Of a stretch of DNA of 64,000 bases, positions 20,538 to 32,243 are shown piece by piece. The translations under genes were made by a program, and so were the position numbers. Origin of the DNA: an uncultured Candidatus Saccharibacteria bacterium (GTDB lineage Bacteria; Patescibacteriota; Saccharimonadia; Saccharimonadales; SZUA-47); NCBI GenBank assembly GCA_964536485.1, contig CAZHXX010000003.1, positions 28,101-92,100 of the forward strand. Direction: 5' to 3'. Under the pieces are notes generated by a model. That model made no database searches. It was not told the DNA's origin and saw only the letters and a program-made list of their open reading frames with translations. Positions within the stretch are counted from its first letter, which is position 1. Every line of letters begins with the position of its first letter.

Positions 20538-20580
20538 TTGTGCAAAAATTGTTATATAATAATGTTTATTATGGTGAATA

Positions 20581-21254
20581 ACCTTGATCCAGGTTTTGAA
20601 CAATACATGCGGACAACAATCCCGCAACGTATTGCTGATGACCCAGAGCAATTGTATGACTTGGGCGTATTCGCTTCTTTGAGTGCTCTTGACCTTTCGT
20701 ATCATTACTCAGGCAAACACATTGGGGTGTCGATGCCTATTTTTGGCAGTACCGAAGGACAGCTCTTTACAGATTTAGTACCAAAAATGGTATATGCGGG
20801 TAGTTATAAACCAACAAAAGAGCTACACCCTGACGACGCCTACACCAGGGTTTGCGCAGAACAAAATCTCATAGACAACGGACTTGTCGTAGGCGATATT
20901 CATATGGGTGTGCTCTTTCTGCGAAGTCGTTTTATATTGGAGGATGTTGAGGGTAGTAAAGACGCGCAAGCCCCTTCATTGTGTCAGCCATGTAGAATAA
21001 GGACACTGCCCGTATTTAAGAAAAGCCTCGTCGTAGTCTCATTCGTCGGAGAAAGCCTCGAACCTGTACAAGCGGTAACTCTTGGAGCAATGGTACGCCA
21101 TCAAGATTTGGAAGAAACACTTCAGACAGAGGCAGAAGGCCCGGAAGTCAAAGATTTTGTCGTCAATCGAGTATTGTCAGATGCATGCAAGCAAAGGAGG
21201 GTTGAGCACCTTCCTAGGTTTCCAAGTCGTCGCTACCAAAGACGGCAGGGCTAG
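20581..21254 (+). CDS. hypothetical protein with cytidine-deaminase-like zinc motif
   Basis: VCAEQN (C-A-E) followed ~44 aa later by LCQPC (CxxC); start uncertain (ATG 20572 or 20581); 4-nt convergent overlap with the next gene. Confidence 0.45.
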
Positions 21255-21826
21255 TAGTCAATACCCTTATTAGCCAAGAATTTGTCGTCGTAGTGGTGCT
21301 TGATTTTGGTCATGTCGGTTGCGATGTCGGTAAGCGGAAGCAACTCTTTTGGGAAATTCCTGCCGGTCACGCAGACACTCGTTTTTGGTGAGCGGTCTTT
21401 TAAGAGTTTCTCTAGTTGTGCGACCTCTAGAAGCCCGTCATGCACTGAGTTGTTGATCTCGTCGCAGATAACAAGGTTCCATTCGCCAGAGACGGCTCGT
21501 TCGTAAGCTTGCTGGTAAGTGTCTTCTGCTGCTTTTTTGTGCTCTTCTGCGGACACGTCTTTTGCGCTCAAGTCGCCAGCGTTAAAGAAGCCCTTGCCTC
21601 CTCTGTAGTAGTACAGTTTGTCCCCAAACACTCCTGCTTCACGAACTTTATCAATAAATTTGGACTCACCTGTTTCCCATGTTTTTACAAACTGGATGTA
21701 TGCAACTGACCATTCTCGACCGAGCGCGCGAGCCAGCAGACCAACGCTTGCACTTGTCTTACCCTTCCCTTCGCCTGTGTAGACGACGACGACAGAGTCT
21801 TTTGTTTTGTAATCTTCAAATGCCAT
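21251..21826 (-). CDS. cob(I)yrinic acid a,c-diamide adenosyltransferase family (CobA/CobO/BtuR-like)
   Basis: 191 aa; P-loop YTGEGKGKTSASVG and ICDEIN motif. Confidence 0.75.
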   Translation of the reverse strand: MAFEDYKTKDSVVVVYTGEGKGKTSASVGLLARALGREWSVAYIQFVKTWETGESKFIDKVREAGVFGDKLYYYRGGKGFFNAGDLSAKDVSAEEHKKAAEDTYQQAYERAVSGEWNLVICDEINNSVHDGLLEVAQLEKLLKDRSPKTSVCVTGRNFPKELLPLTDIATDMTKIKHHYDDKFLANKGIDY

Positions 21827-21922
21827 TGCTATAAGCGTATAGCGCGTTGCCTCTACTGGTCAAGGCAAATACTTATGCGAAGAGGCCGTAGCGCAAAGTA
21901 TGCATAAAGCTGGAGCACAAAA

Positions 21923-22285
21923 CTATTTTGTTGCTTTTGCTTTTTTGGAAGACTGTTTTGATGATGCCGTAACAACGACGCTTTGCTCTTGGCCCAATCC
22001 CACAAGGGTGACTAAAAGCGTAATGACCATGCCAACGGTTATGGCGGTGGCGCTTACAAGGGGTGCGACAGAAAACAGCGTAAATCCAGCAATAAGAAGT
22101 AAAAGTGACAGTATCAGAAGAGCGTTTGCCGTGCTTTTTATGACCAGACGAAGGAGTGCATAGAAACCAGCAACGATAAATATCGCCAACGGTAGCTGAA
22201 CGTACCACGCGAGAGCGTGCGCAGTTGTTTCTACTGCGGTCTCGTGAATTTCTCCTGCGTGTGCGAAAGTACTTATCATAAGCAC
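21923..22285 (-). CDS. small integral membrane protein
   Basis: 120 aa with three hydrophobic helices and a Lys-rich tail; preferred over the overlapping 160-aa frame. Confidence 0.5.
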   Translation of the reverse strand: MLMISTFAHAGEIHETAVETTAHALAWYVQLPLAIFIVAGFYALLRLVIKSTANALLILSLLLLIAGFTLFSVAPLVSATAITVGMVITLLVTLVGLGQEQSVVVTASSKQSSKKAKATK

Positions 22286-22320
22286 TAGTGTAGCGCATAA
22301 CGCAGTGTATACTGAAATAC

Positions 22321-22959
22321 ATGGATAAACTGCAGACGTATGCCAGAGAGCACAAGCAAAAACTAATTACTGTAGGAATTGCGTTTTTATTTGGAGCGGT
22401 ATGGATTGTGGCTTTGCGATTCGTTACTTTGCATAGCGACGCCGTGCACTATCACGCTAATTTTGGCGTTTTTGTGAATGGCGAGAGACTTGCACTCGAT
22501 TCACCGCTTTACTATGAAGAAGTGCAGGCCTGTGGAGGGCAAGAGGTAGACAATCCTAAAATTCGTGCGCACATGCACAATCAAGTTAATTCAATCGTCC
22601 ATGTTCATGATGCTGGGGTAACTTGGGGACATTTCTTTGCAAACATAGGCATGACGGATGGCGATAGCGTGTTTAGGATCGATCAAAAGGTGTACCAGAG
22701 TACTCCTGAGTCGCCGATTACTTTCATCCTTAATGGAGAAAAAGTGGATACTACTGCAAACAGGACTATAAAGAGCGAAGATGTGTTGCTGGTAAGCATT
22801 GGAACAGTAGATGCAAAGAAACTGCAAGAACAATACACTGCCGTTCCAAAAGACGCTGGTGAGTACAACAAGAAATATGATCCAGCCGGTTGTTCTGGTG
22901 GCAAAGATTTTTCGTTTACGGAGAGACTCAAAAAAGCCGTTGGTGTGTTTGGTAACTAG
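22321..22959 (+). CDS. membrane-anchored hypothetical protein
   Basis: 212 aa; one N-terminal TM; His-rich segment HMHNQVNSIVHVHDAG. Confidence 0.55.
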   Translation: MDKLQTYAREHKQKLITVGIAFLFGAVWIVALRFVTLHSDAVHYHANFGVFVNGERLALDSPLYYEEVQACGGQEVDNPKIRAHMHNQVNSIVHVHDAGVTWGHFFANIGMTDGDSVFRIDQKVYQSTPESPITFILNGEKVDTTANRTIKSEDVLLVSIGTVDAKKLQEQYTAVPKDAGEYNKKYDPAGCSGGKDFSFTERLKKAVGVFGN

Positions 22960-22996
22960 CCAAGCACTAAATGTGTGAAAAAAATCACAAAATCTA

Positions 22997-23025
22997 TTGC
23001 CAGGTCTGACCTCAGTTGCTAAAAT
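22997..23025 (+). promoter_or_regulatory. candidate sigma70-type promoter of the atp operon
   Basis: TTGCCA (22997-23002), 17-nt spacer, TAAAAT (23020-23025), ~60 nt upstream of atpB. Confidence 0.5.
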
Positions 23026-23083
23026 GTAAGCAAATGATAAAACTATCGCCGACTGAGATGCCGACGTTACGAAGGAAGTGTGT

Positions 23084-23956
23084 ATGTTAAGCGCGCTTAT
23101 TTCTAAGTTTGCTTCAAGTGAAAGTGGTATCCATGTTTCTCTTAAGGCAGAAAAAGTATTTGAGATTGCCGGTGTGCCGGTCACTAACTCTATGACTTAT
23201 GGTGTTGTCGTGGCAGTGTTTATGATGACAGTGTTGGTGCTAGCTGCGCGTAAGTCTCGTGTAAAAGCTCGCAAAGGCTTTATTGCCATTGTTGAAATGA
23301 TTGTTGAGTTTGTCGTTGGTATGCTTGAAGGTGTATTTGGCACACGAGCCAAAGCTTACAAATACGCTCCTATTTTTGGAACGTTCTTTTTGTTTATTTT
23401 GTTCAACAACGTACTTGGGCTTTTGCCAATCGTTGGTCCTGGGATAGAAGCCAACGGTTCCCCGCTCTTCCGTCCTTTCACCGCAGATTTAAACGGCACA
23501 ATTGTCGTCTCAGTCTTTGCAATTATTACCGTGCAAGTATTGTCTATTCGGGCTCAAGGCTTGAAGGGACATCTTACCCATTATTTTAGTAGCAAACCGC
23601 TCAACCCTATTAACTTCTTTATAGGTATCTTGGAAGTATTTGGTGAGTTTACTCGTATGCTTTCCCTCTCGCTTCGTCTGTTTCTTAACACTGCGGTGGG
23701 TGAAATTCTTATCGCAGTATTTACGAGCCTTATCTTGAGCGCCGGCCGAACGCCGATTGCAGTTATCCCAATTATTTTGTTTGAACTTTTGGTAGCCGGT
23801 ATACAAGCGTATGTGTTTACCGTGCTGACAGCCACCTATTTAGGACTGGCTATTGCTCATGCGCACGATGATGATGAACACCATGAAACAGACGCTCAAA
23901 AGGTCGAGGAGCTGTCTAACGTGGATGTTAACCAAAAAGTAACCACGTCAGCTTAA
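23084..23956 (+). CDS. atpB: F0F1 ATP synthase subunit a
   Basis: Multi-TM; conserved Arg motif LSLSLRLFLN; start set to ATG 23084 behind GAAGGAAG. Confidence 0.9.
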   Translation: MLSALISKFASSESGIHVSLKAEKVFEIAGVPVTNSMTYGVVVAVFMMTVLVLAARKSRVKARKGFIAIVEMIVEFVVGMLEGVFGTRAKAYKYAPIFGTFFLFILFNNVLGLLPIVGPGIEANGSPLFRPFTADLNGTIVVSVFAIITVQVLSIRAQGLKGHLTHYFSSKPLNPINFFIGILEVFGEFTRMLSLSLRLFLNTAVGEILIAVFTSLILSAGRTPIAVIPIILFELLVAGIQAYVFTVLTATYLGLAIAHAHDDDEHHETDAQKVEELSNVDVNQKVTTSA

Positions 23957-23974
23957 GTCTGACAAGGAGAAAAA

Positions 23975-24223
23975 ATGTTACAAATTCTAGCAGAAACCAC
24001 ACAGTTCGACGTACAAGTCGCTGAAGCTTGGTCAAAAGCTGGCATGTTGGGCCTCGCGCTCGCACTTGCTGCTATTGGTCTTGCACTCGTTGGTTCAAAC
24101 TACATGAAGGCTTTGGGTCGAAACCCAGAAGCTGGTAAAGCTGCTGGTCAAGTTGTGATTATCGCAGCTATGATCGAAGTTACCGCGCTTCTCGCGTTTC
24201 TATTGGGAGCCTTCCTCTTGTAA
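23975..24223 (+). CDS. atpE: F0F1 ATP synthase subunit c
   Basis: 82-aa two-helix hairpin; polar loop GRNPE; carboxylate in AAMIEVTALLAF. Confidence 0.9.
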   Translation: MLQILAETTQFDVQVAEAWSKAGMLGLALALAAIGLALVGSNYMKALGRNPEAGKAAGQVVIIAAMIEVTALLAFLLGAFLL

Positions 24224-24317
24224 TTTCAAGAGCGATTCGTGGCGTTGGAGATTTGCGGTCTAAAGTACGATTCACTCGAGCTCCGCATCTCCTCCACCAC
24301 GTATCATCACTTGAAAT
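24223..24317 (+). promoter_or_regulatory. long imperfect hairpin in the atpE-atpF spacer
   Basis: ATTTCAAG...CGTGGCGTTGGAGATTTGCGG pairs with CCGCATCTCCTCCACCACG...CTTGAAAT; no T-run follows. A second small hairpin GTTTCAA/TTGAAAC lies at 24364-24385. Confidence 0.5.
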
Positions 24318-24426
24318 CCCAAGACACAGTGACACAAATTAACAACCTAGAACAACGACACGAGTTTCAAGAATAATTTTGAAACGCCTGTGGTTGTTCT
24401 AACCAGAAAGGAAAACGAAAGATACG

Positions 24427-25110
24427 ATGAATTACAGAATCCTCGCAGTAGTAGATGCTAGCGACACCGGCGTTGAAAGCGTTGCTGTTCCTGCAGAAGA
24501 AACAACCGCTAATGAAGCCACACATTCTAGCGCAGAAACAACTGCCACTGGCGCTGAAGAAACTCACTCAGAAACAACTCATGCAACTGAAGGCGAACAC
24601 GCGACAGAAGAGTCTGAAGGTATTGCAGCCCTCGGTCTGAGCCCAACTGCCATTGGTGCACAGCTTTTGACGTTTTTCGTTTTGTTCTTTGTGGTAAAGA
24701 AATTTGCTCTAGAAGGCATTGTTAAAAACTTGCAGAAGCGTCACGACGACATCAACCGTGGCTTACACCTCACCGCTGAGCTAGACAAGCAAAAGGCAGA
24801 GCTTGACGAACGCGTTGAGTCCGCGCTTAAGGCAGCTCGCAAAGAAGCTGACCTTATCATTGCAGATGCACACGCTGAAACTGGCAAGATGATTCAAGCC
24901 GCTGAAGAAAAGGCAAGCCTTAAGGCTGACGAAATTATTCGCTCTGCTGAAGGCAAGATTGAGCGTGATATTGCCGAAGCTCGCACAGGCCTTAAGAAAG
25001 AAATGGCAAGCCTTATTACGGAAGCGACTGAAGCAATCTTGGGCCAAAAGCTCGACGCAAATGCAGACCGCAAATTGGTTGAAGATTACCTCAAAGGAGC
25101 GATGAAGTAA
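24427..25110 (+). CDS. atpF: F0F1 ATP synthase subunit b with ~75-aa acidic low-complexity N-terminal extension
   Basis: TM LLTFFVLFFVV followed by a long charged helix; the N-terminus is E/T/A/H-rich. Confidence 0.85.
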   Translation: MNYRILAVVDASDTGVESVAVPAEETTANEATHSSAETTATGAEETHSETTHATEGEHATEESEGIAALGLSPTAIGAQLLTFFVLFFVVKKFALEGIVKNLQKRHDDINRGLHLTAELDKQKAELDERVESALKAARKEADLIIADAHAETGKMIQAAEEKASLKADEIIRSAEGKIERDIAEARTGLKKEMASLITEATEAILGQKLDANADRKLVEDYLKGAMK

Positions 25111-25454
25111 TGAGTCTCCAACTGTCTCTTGGATTTGAAAGAGGTGAGCCAACCTTAGTCAGGGGTGAGACAGGGCTCTATGTCGAAATGCAAACCGAGG
25201 GAGTATTTAATGGGTTCATGCCAACGGACCAAGAAATCTCTGAGTGTGTAGTTAGAGAAGTAGAAGGCGCTACGGCAGATGTGATAGACCCAGCCCAAAT
25301 TGCCGTTCTAGATGCAACGATGGTTGAACATGATAGGCTTTTTAGACTGGGGTTAAAAGAGCTTGTCGAAGTATATGGTGTTGCTATATCTGATGAAGAT
25401 GTAACAGGAGCGTATTATGCGGGCTATGCCACGCCGGAGGTAGTGTATGGCTAA
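25110..25454 (+). CDS. orphan ORF intercalated between atpF and atpH (acidic, 114 aa)
   Basis: ATG overlaps the atpF stop (TAATG); its stop overlaps the atpH start (ATGGCTAA); AAAGGAG upstream; all five Arg codons are AGR. Confidence 0.6.
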   Translation: MSLQLSLGFERGEPTLVRGETGLYVEMQTEGVFNGFMPTDQEISECVVREVEGATADVIDPAQIAVLDATMVEHDRLFRLGLKELVEVYGVAISDEDVTGAYYAGYATPEVVYG

Positions 25455-25833
25455 GATTTCTATCCACCAACTTGCTGAATATGCGGTTTCGCAACTTGAA
25501 AAAGGCGTGTCTTCTGACGTGGTTGCAAAGCACATTGCTGGCTACCTGCTTGATGCTCGTCAAGGTCGTGAACTTCCAAAAGTAGTACGTGCAATTGAAG
25601 CGGAGTTAAACCGTCGTGGGAGCTCGCAAGTGGTGATTACCAGCGCGCATGCAGTATCTGATAGTGTCAAGAAAGAGCTCGCAAGCATTCTTGGCGCGCA
25701 GAACCCAGTATTTTATGAAGAGATTGATCCAACTGTCATCGGTGGGGTAAAAGCTCGCAGTGGCGAGTCAGAAATTGACTTGACAGTTCGTGGCAGATTA
25801 CAAAGATTTAAAGCAACAATAGTAAAGAACTAG
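25447..25833 (+). CDS. atpH: F0F1 ATP synthase subunit delta (short form)
   Basis: 128 aa; OSCP C-terminal pattern [26 protein letters not shown]. Confidence 0.8.
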   Translation: MAKISIHQLAEYAVSQLEKGVSSDVVAKHIAGYLLDARQGRELPKVVRAIEAELNRRGSSQVVITSAHAVSDSVKKELASILGAQNPVFYEEIDPTVIGGVKARSGESEIDLTVRGRLQRFKATIVKN

Positions 25834-25846
25834 TAGGAGTACCCGT

Positions 25847-27382
25847 ATGGCAACAGACGTATCAGTAAAAGATCTCGCAAGCGAAGTACGCGCAGCGATT
25901 GCAGAACTAAAGCAAACTAGCTCGCTTGAAAAAGCCGGAGTGGTAACGCGCGTTGGTGACGGTGTGGCGTGGATTTATGGCTTAAGCACCGCCGGCTATT
26001 CAGAAATGCTTGAAATTGAAAGCGAAAACGGCGAAACGGTTAGTGCCTTTGCGCTCAACCTTATGGAAGACGAAATTGGTGCGGTACTTCTCGGCTCTGA
26101 CACAAAGGTAAAGGCTGGTGCCAAAGTTCGTTTGAGCGGTAAAGTGCTAGAAGTGCCAGTTGGTCCAGAGCTTGTTGGCCGTGTAGTTGACCCGCTTGGA
26201 AACCCACTAGACGACAAGGGTCCTATTAAGACAAAGCTTATGGGTCTTGTAGAGCGCCCTGCCCCTGGTGTTTTGGCACGTAAAAGTGTGCACGAACCAC
26301 TTATGACCGGACTCATGGCTATTGACGGCATGGTACCTATTGGACGTGGTCAGCGTGAGCTTATTATTGGCGATCGACAGACCGGTAAGACTGCTGTTGC
26401 TATCGACACAATGATTAACCAAGCCAAGCAAAAAACTGGCGTGGTAAACATCTATGTGGCTATTGGTCAGAAAATGAGCAAGGTTGCCCGAATTATCGAG
26501 CGACTTGAGCGCGAAGGGGTGATGGACCAGACTATTATCATCGCAACCAGCGCAAACGACCCTGCTTCACTTCAGTATCTTGCGCCGTATGCTGGTGCTG
26601 CTATGGGAGAATACTTCCGCGACAATTCACAGCACGCTCTGATTATCTATGACGATTTGACTAAGCACGCTGTTGCTTACCGTCAAATGAGCTTGCTTCT
26701 TCGTCGCCCACCGGGACGCGAAGCCTACCCTGGTGACGTCTTCTACTTGCACTCACGTCTGCTAGAGCGTGCTGCAAAGTTGTCTGATGCTGAGGGCGCT
26801 GGTTCACTCACTGCACTGCCTATTATTGAAACGCAGGCTGGTGATATCTCTGCCTTTGTGCCTACCAACGTGATTTCTATCACCGATGGTCAGATTTTCA
26901 TGGAGTCAAGCCTCTTTAACCAGGGTATTCGCCCTGCTATCTCTGTTGGTTTGTCTGTCTCTCGTGTGGGTGGTTCTGCTCAGACCAAGGCTGTAAAGGG
27001 CGCGGCTGGTCCACTTCGTTTGAACCTTGCACAGTTCCGCGAGCTTGCTGCTTTTGCACAGTTCTCTAGCGACCTTGATGCTGATACCAAGCAAAAGATT
27101 GAACGTGGTCAGCGACTTACCGAGCTTTTGAAGCAACCACAGTATTCCCCGCTTTCTGTCTGGGAACAAACGGCAAGTCTTATTGCTGCAACCGAAGGCG
27201 CTTTTGACACCGTTCCTGTCGCGCAGATTAAAAAAGCACAACATGCACTTTTGAGCCAGCTTTGGAGCGAAAAGCGTAAAGACATGGAAACGCTTGATAA
27301 AGGCGACAAAGTTGACGACAAGATGAAAGAAGTCATCTTGAAACAAGCTGAAACCGTCGCAAAGGAATACCGTGAGAGCTAG
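25847..27382 (+). CDS. atpA: F0F1 ATP synthase subunit alpha
   Basis: Walker [10 protein letters not shown]; 511 aa. Confidence 0.95.
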   Translation: MATDVSVKDLASEVRAAIAELKQTSSLEKAGVVTRVGDGVAWIYGLSTAGYSEMLEIESENGETVSAFALNLMEDEIGAVLLGSDTKVKAGAKVRLSGKVLEVPVGPELVGRVVDPLGNPLDDKGPIKTKLMGLVERPAPGVLARKSVHEPLMTGLMAIDGMVPIGRGQRELIIGDRQTGKTAVAIDTMINQAKQKTGVVNIYVAIGQKMSKVARIIERLEREGVMDQTIIIATSANDPASLQYLAPYAGAAMGEYFRDNSQHALIIYDDLTKHAVAYRQMSLLLRRPPGREAYPGDVFYLHSRLLERAAKLSDAEGAGSLTALPIIETQAGDISAFVPTNVISITDGQIFMESSLFNQGIRPAISVGLSVSRVGGSAQTKAVKGAAGPLRLNLAQFRELAAFAQFSSDLDADTKQKIERGQRLTELLKQPQYSPLSVWEQTASLIAATEGAFDTVPVAQIKKAQHALLSQLWSEKRKDMETLDKGDKVDDKMKEVILKQAETVAKEYRES

Positions 27383-27510
27383 GGCTCTCAGGAACGAGGA
27401 TTAAAAGATGAGGAATGAGATGATATGCAAGACAGATTACAGGCAATTCAAGCTTGTTTCTTCTCAATACTCAACTATCAAGCCTCAATTATCATCAACG
27501 GAGGTGATTC

Positions 27511-28440
27511 ATGGCTAGTACACAGCAGATTAAAGGACGAATTAAGTCGGTCAAGAGCACTAAGCAGATAACCAAGGCTATGGAGCTTGTCGCTGCAAGC
27601 AAAATGCGCCGTGCGCAGGAAACAACCCTTGCCAGTCGCGACTACACCAAGACAGCTCGCGCTATCTTGACGCGCTTGCGCGAACTGACTGATGTGTCGA
27701 AGCATCCGTTGTTTGTTACTCGTGAAGTAAAAAGCCGTATTTTGGTTGTTATCACTTCAGACCGAGGCTTGGCTGGTGCGTATAACTCGAATGTATTGCG
27801 CACCCTTGCAAAAGAGCTACAAGCAGACCGCGACAATGGCGTAGAGACAAAACTTATATTGATTGGGAAGCAAGCTGCCAAGTTTGCAGCCAAGATTGAA
27901 GGCGTAAATGTGCTGGGAAGCTACAGCAACATGCCCGAAAAACCAACTATCAATGACCTCTTGCCTATTCTACAGACCGTTAAAACAGCATTTGTCGGCT
28001 CAACTGACTTGGTCTTGGACGAAGAAAGCGACAGCGAACGACCGCAAAAGCAAACAGTAGAGCCAACGACCGATGCGGTTGATGTCCTCTATACCGATTA
28101 CAAATCCAGCGTACTTCAAGAAGTTGCGCAAACCCGTCTTTTGCCTGCTGCTTTTGCTGATGCGCACGTATCACCAGACCTAGAGCTTGCTATTTTTGAG
28201 CCAAGTCCACAGGTAGTACTCAACAGCGTGGCTGACCGTTTGGTCGACGTGCAATTCTGGCAAGCTTATCTAGAGAGCCAAGCAAGCGAACAAAGTAGTC
28301 GTATGATGGCTATGAAGACCGCCAGCGACAACGCGGGTGAGCTCATAGATGACCTCACCCTAGCTATGAACACCGCCCGACAAGCAGCTATCACTCAAGA
28401 GCTTGCTGAAATCACTGGTGGAGCGGAGGCGATTAAATAA
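27511..28440 (+). CDS. atpG: F0F1 ATP synthase subunit gamma
   Basis: IKSVKSTKQITKAMELVAASKMRRAQ and C-terminal ITQELAEI. Confidence 0.9.
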   Translation: MASTQQIKGRIKSVKSTKQITKAMELVAASKMRRAQETTLASRDYTKTARAILTRLRELTDVSKHPLFVTREVKSRILVVITSDRGLAGAYNSNVLRTLAKELQADRDNGVETKLILIGKQAAKFAAKIEGVNVLGSYSNMPEKPTINDLLPILQTVKTAFVGSTDLVLDEESDSERPQKQTVEPTTDAVDVLYTDYKSSVLQEVAQTRLLPAAFADAHVSPDLELAIFEPSPQVVLNSVADRLVDVQFWQAYLESQASEQSSRMMAMKTASDNAGELIDDLTLAMNTARQAAITQELAEITGGAEAIK

Positions 28441-30168
<1,728 letters not shown>

Positions 30169-30169
<1 letters not shown>

Positions 30170-30507
30170 TGTCTGTTGAAGAAGGTTTTAACAGGCAGAA
30201 TAGAGTCCAGCAATTAAGCGGAGAGGCTGAGCCAACAATTCATGGCTATCTTATCCGTTCTGCGCTTGTAGCTTTTCCGCTTGCAGTTGCTTCAATCGCA
30301 CTCACTGGTGCAGAAAAATTTGCAAGTAGTGTTGCGGTTGCACGAGTTCACACGGGTCGCTTGAGAGGGTCGTTACTTCATATTGCGCAAGAGCTTGGAG
30401 ATGGCGCTGAGGACGACCAACCTGCAGTCGCTACGGACGGAGTACGACATCTCGCACCACGCCATTCTGTCGAACAGCCAATAAGTTATCAAAGGAGAAG
30501 AGGATGA
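30169..30507 (+). CDS. orphan ORF intercalated between atpD and atpC (one hydrophobic segment, 112 aa)
   Basis: GTG overlaps the atpD stop (TAGTG) behind AAGGGAGAG; its stop overlaps the atpC start (ATGA); hydrophobic LIRSALVAFPLAVASIALTGA. Confidence 0.55.
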
Positions 30508-30929
30508 TTCAACTCGAACTAGTTACTTTGACAGGCGTGAAGCTTCGTGAACCAGTTCATGAAGTCTTGTTACCAACTCCGCAGGGCCAGATTGCAGTCT
30601 TTGACGGTCATGCACCACTTGTAAGTACTGCTGCAACAGGCGTTATTAGCGTGCGCCGTAAGAGTGACCACCCTGACGATATGATGGAACATTACGCAAT
30701 TGATAGTGGCGTTATTGAAATTGCAAACAATACGGTAAGAGTTCTGGTAGATGAAGCAGATAAAGACTCAGAAGTAAGCACAAAAGAAGCAGAAGAAGCG
30801 CTTGAAGCTGCTAAAAAGCTTCGTGCTGAAGCACGTGACCAAGTATCGCTCGATAAAGCCCAAAGCCTTGTGGACCGCCAAGCATCACGCTTGAAAATTG
30901 CCGAACTTCGACGTCGCTCGCGCCGGTAA
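30504..30929 (+). CDS. atpC: F0F1 ATP synthase subunit epsilon
   Basis: 141 aa; beta-sandwich N-terminal part plus helical C-terminal part; last gene of the operon. Confidence 0.85.
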   Translation: MIQLELVTLTGVKLREPVHEVLLPTPQGQIAVFDGHAPLVSTAATGVISVRRKSDHPDDMMEHYAIDSGVIEIANNTVRVLVDEADKDSEVSTKEAEEALEAAKKLRAEARDQVSLDKAQSLVDRQASRLKIAELRRRSRR

Positions 30930-30953
30930 ACAGCGATCTGTTGGGTAAAAGTT

Positions 30954-32243
30954 TTATTTACTTACGACTATCTGCAGTTCTTTTTCGAGAGAATCACAGT
31001 CTTTCTGAAATTGATACTCATCCGTATTAAACATAAGAACTTCAAATATAGGGTCTCCGTTATTTTTAGCAAAAATTGCCTTTTCGCCGACTGAGACCAG
31101 CTGATTTATCCGTACAAGTGAGGCTAGGTTATTGATTTTATCAAGGCCTAATATCTCTGTAATAGTTCCCTCATTGTAGGCGTATATATTATACATAGCA
31201 GAATGACCTTTTGGAATGACCGGCACAGTAGGGACTTCTCCTGCCCTAATAAGAATATCGTTCACGATATGGTTTATGCCAAAACTTTGCTTGTATAGAT
31301 CATGTCTGTAACCACCTATTCTTGGCCCTAATTCAATAATCTTCCATTCCCCATTGCGTAGGCGCATTAGTTCAACATGCGCTGTTATTGATTTGAGGTT
31401 TAGAGCCTGGCAAGATCTAATGGCAGTTTGTGCCGCTAAATCTTCATCACTGATATCTAAAACAGGAGTTTTTCTGACATATCCAAAGAAATCGTCGTAT
31501 CCTACTTTTTTCCCGGTTATTACTTTAACAATTGGCGTACAGATACCATCACCATTGCTATCTAGGTAGACATCAATTGAGTACATTTCACCATCCATGA
31601 ATTCTTCTGCAAGAAAGAATGGTTTTTGTCTTTTTATCCAAGTGTCATATGCTTCTTGAATCTTATGAAATCCCTTTTCGAGGGTCTCTTGGAGTTCTGT
31701 ATGATTATCGACACGAGAAACTAATAATGCACCTTCTAGTCCGGACGGTTTAATAATCAATGGGTACTCGACAGAAGCTTCGATTCTTTCTATGGTTGCT
31801 TCACTGTAATCATGTGCTTCGACATAAGCAGGAACAAGGGTCGCATCATAGGCCTCCATTATCTCGCGCATAAGCTTTTTTTCAGTTGCCCATTCGAGTG
31901 AAGTTTCAGATGGTGTATATATGTATGGCACATAGGGGAGAAGTTTTTTTAGTTCAAGGATAGAGTTCTCGTACTGACTCACAACTGCAGAGAGGTCTCC
32001 TCCTATTTGACCCAGGCCATCCCTGATAGATTGTGGTGAGTCGAAGTCTACTGTTATAAAAGGAACTTTGTTTAAGTGTTCATTTTGCCCATTTCTTATG
32101 GTAATTCGTTTTTTTATTTTTTTATCTACGAACACTACAGGGTAGAAAAAGTCTCCTGTTTCCTGCTCGTGCAAGCGTAATGCCTCAAATGTTGCAGGTC
32201 TTATTGCATTTATAAAAAGTACATATTTCTTATGTGACATCAT
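30954..32243 (-). CDS. ATP-grasp domain protein (carboxylate-amine/L-amino-acid-ligase-like)
   Basis: 429 aa; PLIIKPSGLEGALLVSRV, EEFMDGEMYSIDVY, IIELGPRIGGYRHD. Confidence 0.7.
   Translation of the reverse strand: MMSHKKYVLFINAIRPATFEALRLHEQETGDFFYPVVFVDKKIKKRITIRNGQNEHLNKVPFITVDFDSPQSIRDGLGQIGGDLSAVVSQYENSILELKKLLPYVPYIYTPSETSLEWATEKKLMREIMEAYDATLVPAYVEAHDYSEATIERIEASVEYPLIIKPSGLEGALLVSRVDNHTELQETLEKGFHKIQEAYDTWIKRQKPFFLAEEFMDGEMYSIDVYLDSNGDGICTPIVKVITGKKVGYDDFFGYVRKTPVLDISDEDLAAQTAIRSCQALNLKSITAHVELMRLRNGEWKIIELGPRIGGYRHDLYKQSFGINHIVNDILIRAGEVPTVPVIPKGHSAMYNIYAYNEGTITEILGLDKINNLASLVRINQLVSVGEKAIFAKNNGDPIFEVLMFNTDEYQFQKDCDSLEKELQIVVSK

Noticed and set aside
21873-22355. 160-aa ORF overlapping the 120-aa membrane-protein frame
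   Set aside because: It is Arg/Cys/Ser-rich and not protein-like. The alternative frame gives three clean TM helices.
22591-23184. 197-aa minus-strand ORF across the 22321-22959 gene and the atp promoter
   Set aside because: It is antisense to a better-supported gene and crosses a promoter region, and has no RBS.
24238-24375. 45-codon GTG-initiated ORF inside the atpE-atpF spacer
   Set aside because: It has no RBS, and the region is better explained by the long hairpin. It is too short to distinguish from chance.
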